Assembly (NCBI GenBank): GCA_028282585.1 | Contig: JANQHR010000096.1 | Location: 1 to 30,002 of the forward strand | Length of the DNA: 30,002 bases | Source: Bacteroidales bacterium | GTDB taxonomy: Bacteria > Bacteroidota > Bacteroidia > Bacteroidales > UBA12077 | Reading direction: 5' to 3' | Shown here: in pieces, positions 25,753 to 30,002 of the stretch | How positions within the stretch are numbered: position 1 is the first letter of the stretch | How the letters are laid out: each line of letters opens with the position of its first letter | The notes under the pieces: model-generated | The model's database searches: none | What the model was told of the DNA's origin: nothing | Seen by the model: only the letters and a program-made list of their open reading frames with translations | Translations under genes and position numbers: made by a program

Positions 25753-26217
25753 TTAACATTTGATGGCAATTTCAATTACGCCAAGAACTCAGAAGATGAT
25801 ATTAATCCTCTTCCCTACTTCAAAGCTCAGGAAAAGAACACCGGGGTAGAACTACCCAACATTTTTCCAGGCAAATGGATAAGCTAAAAATTTTCAATGA
25901 ACCGATCAGCACATCGAAGGTATTAGACCTTTATAACAACGTTATTGCAACCGGCGCTAATGATTTGGGTAACAAAGGAAAACAAGTTTTTATTTATCCA
26001 AATCCCTTTACCAGCTTATTAAACATCAATCTATCTATACTTAATTTTAAGGTAGATGAACTTAGTCTGATAAACTACATTGTTCAAAATATCATTCATA
26101 ATTAAACGTATGGAAAACAATCAAATATATTTAAATAATATAAAATCAGGAATCTACAATCTTGTTTTAAAAGGTACGAATGAAATAATTAACCAAAAAG
26201 TATTGATCATAAGATAA
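25753..26217 (+). pseudogene. Decayed LamG-domain / T9SS C-terminal sorting domain gene remnant
   Basis: Fragments LTFDGN and FPGK|MDKLKIFNEPIS..LDLY (frameshift at the bar), then IYPNPF, a stop at 26103-26105, and a +1-frame continuation IKSGIYNLVLK..QKVLIIR* ending at 26217. Confidence 0.7.
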
Positions 26218-26265
26218 GACAACATAAAATACTTGATGTAACTTTATGTTTTTAATTTTACAAAT

Positions 26266-26520
26266 ATGAATTTACTTACATTACTTGGATTAGTTGCTGC
26301 TTGCTGTACAACCATATCATTTCTTCCACAAGCCATAAAAGCAATCAAAACAAAACATACCAATGACCTGTCTTTAGGAATGTATACTTTGTTAACCACC
26401 GGAATTATTTTATGGTTGATTTATGGAATTTTAAAAGATGATTTACCAATTATTCTGGCTAATGGAATAACATTGATATTTGCCGGAACAATTCTTATTC
26501 TTAAAATAAGGTATAAGTAG
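26266..26520 (+). CDS. SemiSWEET (PQ-loop) sugar transporter
   Basis: 84 aa, 3 TM; TTISFLPQ, TNDLSLGMY, LWLIYG and PIILAN. Confidence 0.92.
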   Translation: MNLLTLLGLVAACCTTISFLPQAIKAIKTKHTNDLSLGMYTLLTTGIILWLIYGILKDDLPIILANGITLIFAGTILILKIRYK

Positions 26521-26649
26521 TTATTTATCTGACAAATAAACATTTACTTGTGGCTGATTTTAATTTAATCTTAAAATATAAACTTTCTATAAGTTTTTAT
26601 GTCTAAAGCTAAGTTTTTATGCTTTGGCTAGGATTATAAATTGTAAAAC

Positions 26650-27024
26650 ATGATTAAGTATTATTTAGAGAAGAAATCTGAAATTCTTGAAGTTGAGTAT
26701 GAAGGTATTATTGTTGCAGAGGATATTGTTAAGCATACAGACTACCTATTAACTAATCCAAATTTACCCAATCAATTAAAAATTCTTACAGATGCCCGTC
26801 AGGCTCAATATAAGATAAGTATCGAAGAATTAAATGGATTATTAAAGCTTATTAAAAAAAGCTTACATAAATTTAGCTCTATTCGAGATGCATTTATTCA
26901 TAAAAATCCTAAAGAAACTGCATTTTCTGTTTTAATTGAGCAAAAAGCAATTCATAAAAACTATTCTCACAAAGTGTTTGTAACCAAGGAAGCCGCTATG
27001 GATTGGCTGAACGATCCATTTTAA
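26650..27024 (+). CDS. STAS/SpoIIAA-like small alpha/beta protein
   Basis: Pattern EVEYEGII..ILTDARQA..KVFVTKEAAMDWL. Confidence 0.6.
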   Translation: MIKYYLEKKSEILEVEYEGIIVAEDIVKHTDYLLTNPNLPNQLKILTDARQAQYKISIEELNGLLKLIKKSLHKFSSIRDAFIHKNPKETAFSVLIEQKAIHKNYSHKVFVTKEAAMDWLNDPF

Positions 27025-27060
27025 ATATTTAATCTTATAATCTTTAATAAAAATTATTAT

Positions 27061-28017
27061 ATGAATTTTACAAATGACTTAAAAGTTGCTTTAGCCCAAA
27101 TAGCACCTATTTGGTTAAATAAAAACAGAACTATCGAAAAAATAAAAGACTATATCGTTAAGGCCGGAGATTTAAAATGCGACCTGGTAACATTCGGTGA
27201 AAGCTTATTACCTGGTTATCCATTCTGGGTATCGTTAACAAATGGTGCAGAATTTAACTCCAGAGTACAAAAAGAAATTCATGCTCATTATATTAGAAAT
27301 GCAGTTCAAATTGAAAATGGCGATTTAAATGAGATTTGTGAACTAGCAAAATCTAAGAATATTGCAATTTACCTTGGAATTATTGAACTTGCTCAAAACC
27401 GTGGAGGACACAGTTTATATTGTTCATTGGTATATATTGATAAAAGCGGAGAAATAAAATCTGTTCACAGAAAATTGCAACCAACTTATGAAGAACGTCT
27501 AACATGGTCGCCAGGCGATGGAAATGGATTACAAGTACATTCCTTAAAACCGTTTACAGTTGGTGGGTTAAATTGTTGGGAAAATTGGATGCCTCTACCA
27601 AGAACAGCCTTATATGCCATGGGCGAAAATCTGCATGTTGCAGTTTGGCCGGGAGCAGAAAGAAACACAATCGATATTACAAAGTTCATTGCTAAAGAAT
27701 CACGTTCATTTGTAATTTCTGTTTCAGGATTAATGCGTAAAGAAGACTTTCCGAAAGATACACCTCATTTAGATAGAATTATGGCTAATGCTCCTGAAAT
27801 TTTAGCAGATGGCGGATCATGTATTTCTGGCCCTGACGGTGAATGGGTTGTTGAGCCTTTTGTTGGTAAGGAAGATTTGATTGTTGCAACGCTGAATTTT
27901 AACCATGTACTCGAAGAAAGGCAGAACTTTGACCCTTCAGGTCACTACTCCCGGCCTGATGTTACAAAATTAGTTATAAATAGAGATAGACAGTCTATTC
28001 TTCAAATAAATGAGTAA
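27061..28017 (+). CDS. Nitrilase (carbon-nitrogen hydrolase)
   Basis: Catalytic E-K-C triad in FGESLLPGYP, HRKLQPTYEER and LNCWENWMP; C-terminal FDPSGHYSRPDV. Confidence 0.93.
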   Translation: MNFTNDLKVALAQIAPIWLNKNRTIEKIKDYIVKAGDLKCDLVTFGESLLPGYPFWVSLTNGAEFNSRVQKEIHAHYIRNAVQIENGDLNEICELAKSKNIAIYLGIIELAQNRGGHSLYCSLVYIDKSGEIKSVHRKLQPTYEERLTWSPGDGNGLQVHSLKPFTVGGLNCWENWMPLPRTALYAMGENLHVAVWPGAERNTIDITKFIAKESRSFVISVSGLMRKEDFPKDTPHLDRIMANAPEILADGGSCISGPDGEWVVEPFVGKEDLIVATLNFNHVLEERQNFDPSGHYSRPDVTKLVINRDRQSILQINE

Positions 28018-28270
28018 AGAGTTCTAAAATAATTCAAACTTTTTCATATTAGAAAGTACTAGTCTTAATTTAAATTAAACTATTAAAAACTTATTGTTGA
28101 ATTATTATTCTGTAATAAGTTTTTTATTTAATCTAATTTATATTCATTTCATTTAGACTTAAATCATGGTTTATTAATCAAATTTATTAATAATTAGTTA
28201 AAAATAATTTTACTTTTGAACCTTTACTGTTTCCCAAACGTTAAGAAGTTGGGGATTATAATTATTGGAG

Positions 28271-29431
28271 ATGAAGCTTATTTTTAAGAAAATATCAATT
28301 TGTGTTTTCGGACTATTATTTATTTGGATTAACTTATCATTTACCAATCCTTTAAATGAAAATGAAGAGTATCTAAATAACAATGAAAGTCCTCAAGTAA
28401 GCTATTTTGGTGAAGAGAATATCACTGATGGTCCTTATATATTTATTAAAAATAATGTTAAGATTGTAAAATGGATATCAAAAGACAGGTTAAAGCAGAA
28501 ATTAATTGTAGGTGATAATTATAAAGTAATCAAGCGCAATTTTGGATTTGATTTTCAACCGGAATGGATTGAAAATCTTAAAGAAAGCGAACCTGATTAT
28601 GAACAGAAATACGAAAATGTAGAGAATTTCATTGCGATTAGCGATATTCATGGCCGTTATGATGTATTGGTAAAACTACTTTCAGAACACAATGTTATTG
28701 ATAAAGATTTTAACTGGAACTATGCTGATGGGCACTTAATTATATTAGGTGACATTCTGGATAGGGGTCCTCAGGTTACGGAATCATTGTGGTTAATTTT
28801 TAGATTGGAACAACAAGCAAAATTACACGGAGGCAAAGTACATGTTTTGCTAGGAAATCATGAGTTAATGGTTCTAAATGATGATTTCAGGTATATCCAT
28901 GAGAAATATATTAAGTCTTCTCAATTAATGTTTACGACATATTCGGGATTATTTAGTGAAGAAACTTTATTTGGCAAATGGCTAAGGCAAAAACCAATAA
29001 TAGTAACTATTAATGATATTGTTTTTGTACACGCTGGTATCTCAACAGATTTCATAATACAAGGATTTACCAGGGAAAAAACAAATAAGCTATTCGCGGA
29101 AAATATTGTAGGAAATAGCTGGGATAAAATTTTAGCTGACTCTACTCTTACTTTCATGATGGATAAAAATGGTCCAATTTGGTATAGGGGCTACTGGGAG
29201 AATCCTAAATTAATGGAATATCAAGTTGATCATGTACTTAGATATTTCGACGTAAATCACATTATTGTAGGTCATACTTCCTTCTCTAATATAGTTTCTT
29301 TATATAATGGTAAGATATTTGGTATTGATTCAAAAATTAAAAGCGGTGGTATATATGGTGAATTATTAATTTACAAAAACCAATCATTTTATCGAGGAGC
29401 AATAGATGGTTCTGTGAAAAAGCTTGAATAA
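28271..29431 (+). CDS. Exported calcineurin-like metallophosphoesterase (Shewanella-like phosphatase type)
   Basis: Signal peptide; motifs SDIHG, GDILDRG, GNHE, VHAG, GPIWYRG, VGHT and IDS. Confidence 0.9.
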   Translation: MKLIFKKISICVFGLLFIWINLSFTNPLNENEEYLNNNESPQVSYFGEENITDGPYIFIKNNVKIVKWISKDRLKQKLIVGDNYKVIKRNFGFDFQPEWIENLKESEPDYEQKYENVENFIAISDIHGRYDVLVKLLSEHNVIDKDFNWNYADGHLIILGDILDRGPQVTESLWLIFRLEQQAKLHGGKVHVLLGNHELMVLNDDFRYIHEKYIKSSQLMFTTYSGLFSEETLFGKWLRQKPIIVTINDIVFVHAGISTDFIIQGFTREKTNKLFAENIVGNSWDKILADSTLTFMMDKNGPIWYRGYWENPKLMEYQVDHVLRYFDVNHIIVGHTSFSNIVSLYNGKIFGIDSKIKSGGIYGELLIYKNQSFYRGAIDGSVKKLE

Positions 29432-29434
29432 CTT

Positions 29435-30002
29435 TTATTGCCTACAAGTTGAATTTAAATTCTTTTCTATAAAATTAAATTTGTTTAATTCCTCATAAAA
29501 ATCTTCTATATATTTTCTGGTACCATTTTTAGCTCTATTACTCAAAAATTCAAAATTGTCTATAGTTTGAAATATTTCTGATTCTTTTTGTTTATATATT
29601 TCAATAACTCTTTGGTATTGTTCATCGGACCTGCATCTTCCCAGGTAATAACGTTCCCTTACACTACTTATATTTAATTTACGTGTAGGGTGAGCATATT
29701 GAGTATTAATTAATCCTGCAAAATCAAAGTCATATGGCACTAATACTAACTTAGGTTTTTTATGGTCCTTATACTTAAATATTCTTATATTATGTCTATT
29801 ATTTAAAGCAAAATCAGTATTGCCTATCATATATTGAAATAAAAACATCTTATCAACAGGAATACTATCAGTATGTCTATATTCTAAATTATTCCTTTTT
29901 ATTGAAAGCGCATCCATTCTTTTTGCTAACATCTTTTGGGGTTCAATCATAAAAGCCCAACTAATAACTTCTCTATTATTTCTACCTGTATCAATATATT
30001 TT
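29435..30002 (-). CDS. Partial (5' end beyond window) atypical kinase-fold protein, CotH/HipA-like
   Basis: The frame stays open to the window edge (KYIDTGRNNREVISWAFMIEP). FQYMIGNTDF..HNI and VPYDFDFAG resemble catalytic-loop and DFG-equivalent motifs. Confidence 0.6.
   Translation of the reverse strand, partial: KYIDTGRNNREVISWAFMIEPQKMLAKRMDALSIKRNNLEYRHTDSIPVDKMFLFQYMIGNTDFALNNRHNIRIFKYKDHKKPKLVLVPYDFDFAGLINTQYAHPTRKLNISSVRERYYLGRCRSDEQYQRVIEIYKQKESEIFQTIDNFEFLSNRAKNGTRKYIEDFYEELNKFNFIEKNLNSTCRQ

Noticed and set aside
553-29157. Short antisense or out-of-frame ORFs nested in larger genes (for example 553-750, 2800-3132, 7407-7694, 10254-10854, 24831-25172, 27486-27695, 28921-29157)
   Set aside because: They are shadow ORFs of well-supported genes and carry no recognisable motifs.
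1-30002. Mobile elements, prophage, defence systems, tRNA/rRNA
   Set aside because: I recognised no integrase, transposase, phage, nuclease or structural RNA signatures.

Overview
AT-rich bacterial DNA that is almost certainly from a Bacteroidota genome. Evidence: repeated TAnnTTTG -7 promoter boxes, no Shine-Dalgarno motifs evident, an MRQLKITK-type sigma-70, a T9SS C-terminal-domain remnant and acidic lipoprotein export signals. The standout is an ~8 kb locus (975-8932). An archaeal-type WtpABC tungstate/molybdate ABC transporter is interrupted by two paralogous surface lipoproteins, a BtuB-like TonB-dependent receptor, and a lipoprotein made of two tandem molybdopterin-oxidoreductase-like domains that lack the Mo-ligating Cys. 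Both promoters of the locus carry the same ModE-like palindrome (CGATAT-N12-ATATC), and an intergenic segment can fold into alternative RNA structures. I interpret this as a candidate outer-membrane W/Mo or Mo/W-cofactor scavenging system. The rest of the window holds an OmpA-domain protein, YhdH/AcuI, and a Csp-RRM-sigma70 paralog-CSD cluster. It also holds a membrane LytTR / lipid methyltransferase / desaturase module with phased operator repeats, a transmembrane LuxR with a 16-bp tandem operator, an ECF sigma/anti-sigma/hydrolase operon, a cytochrome c-PQQ sugar dehydrogenase fusion, a LamG-T9SS pseudogene, SemiSWEET, a nitrilase, a metallophosphoesterase and a partial kinase-fold gene. I saw no rRNA, tRNA, CRISPR array or mobile element. 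All family assignments come from recognising motifs by eye; no searches were run.
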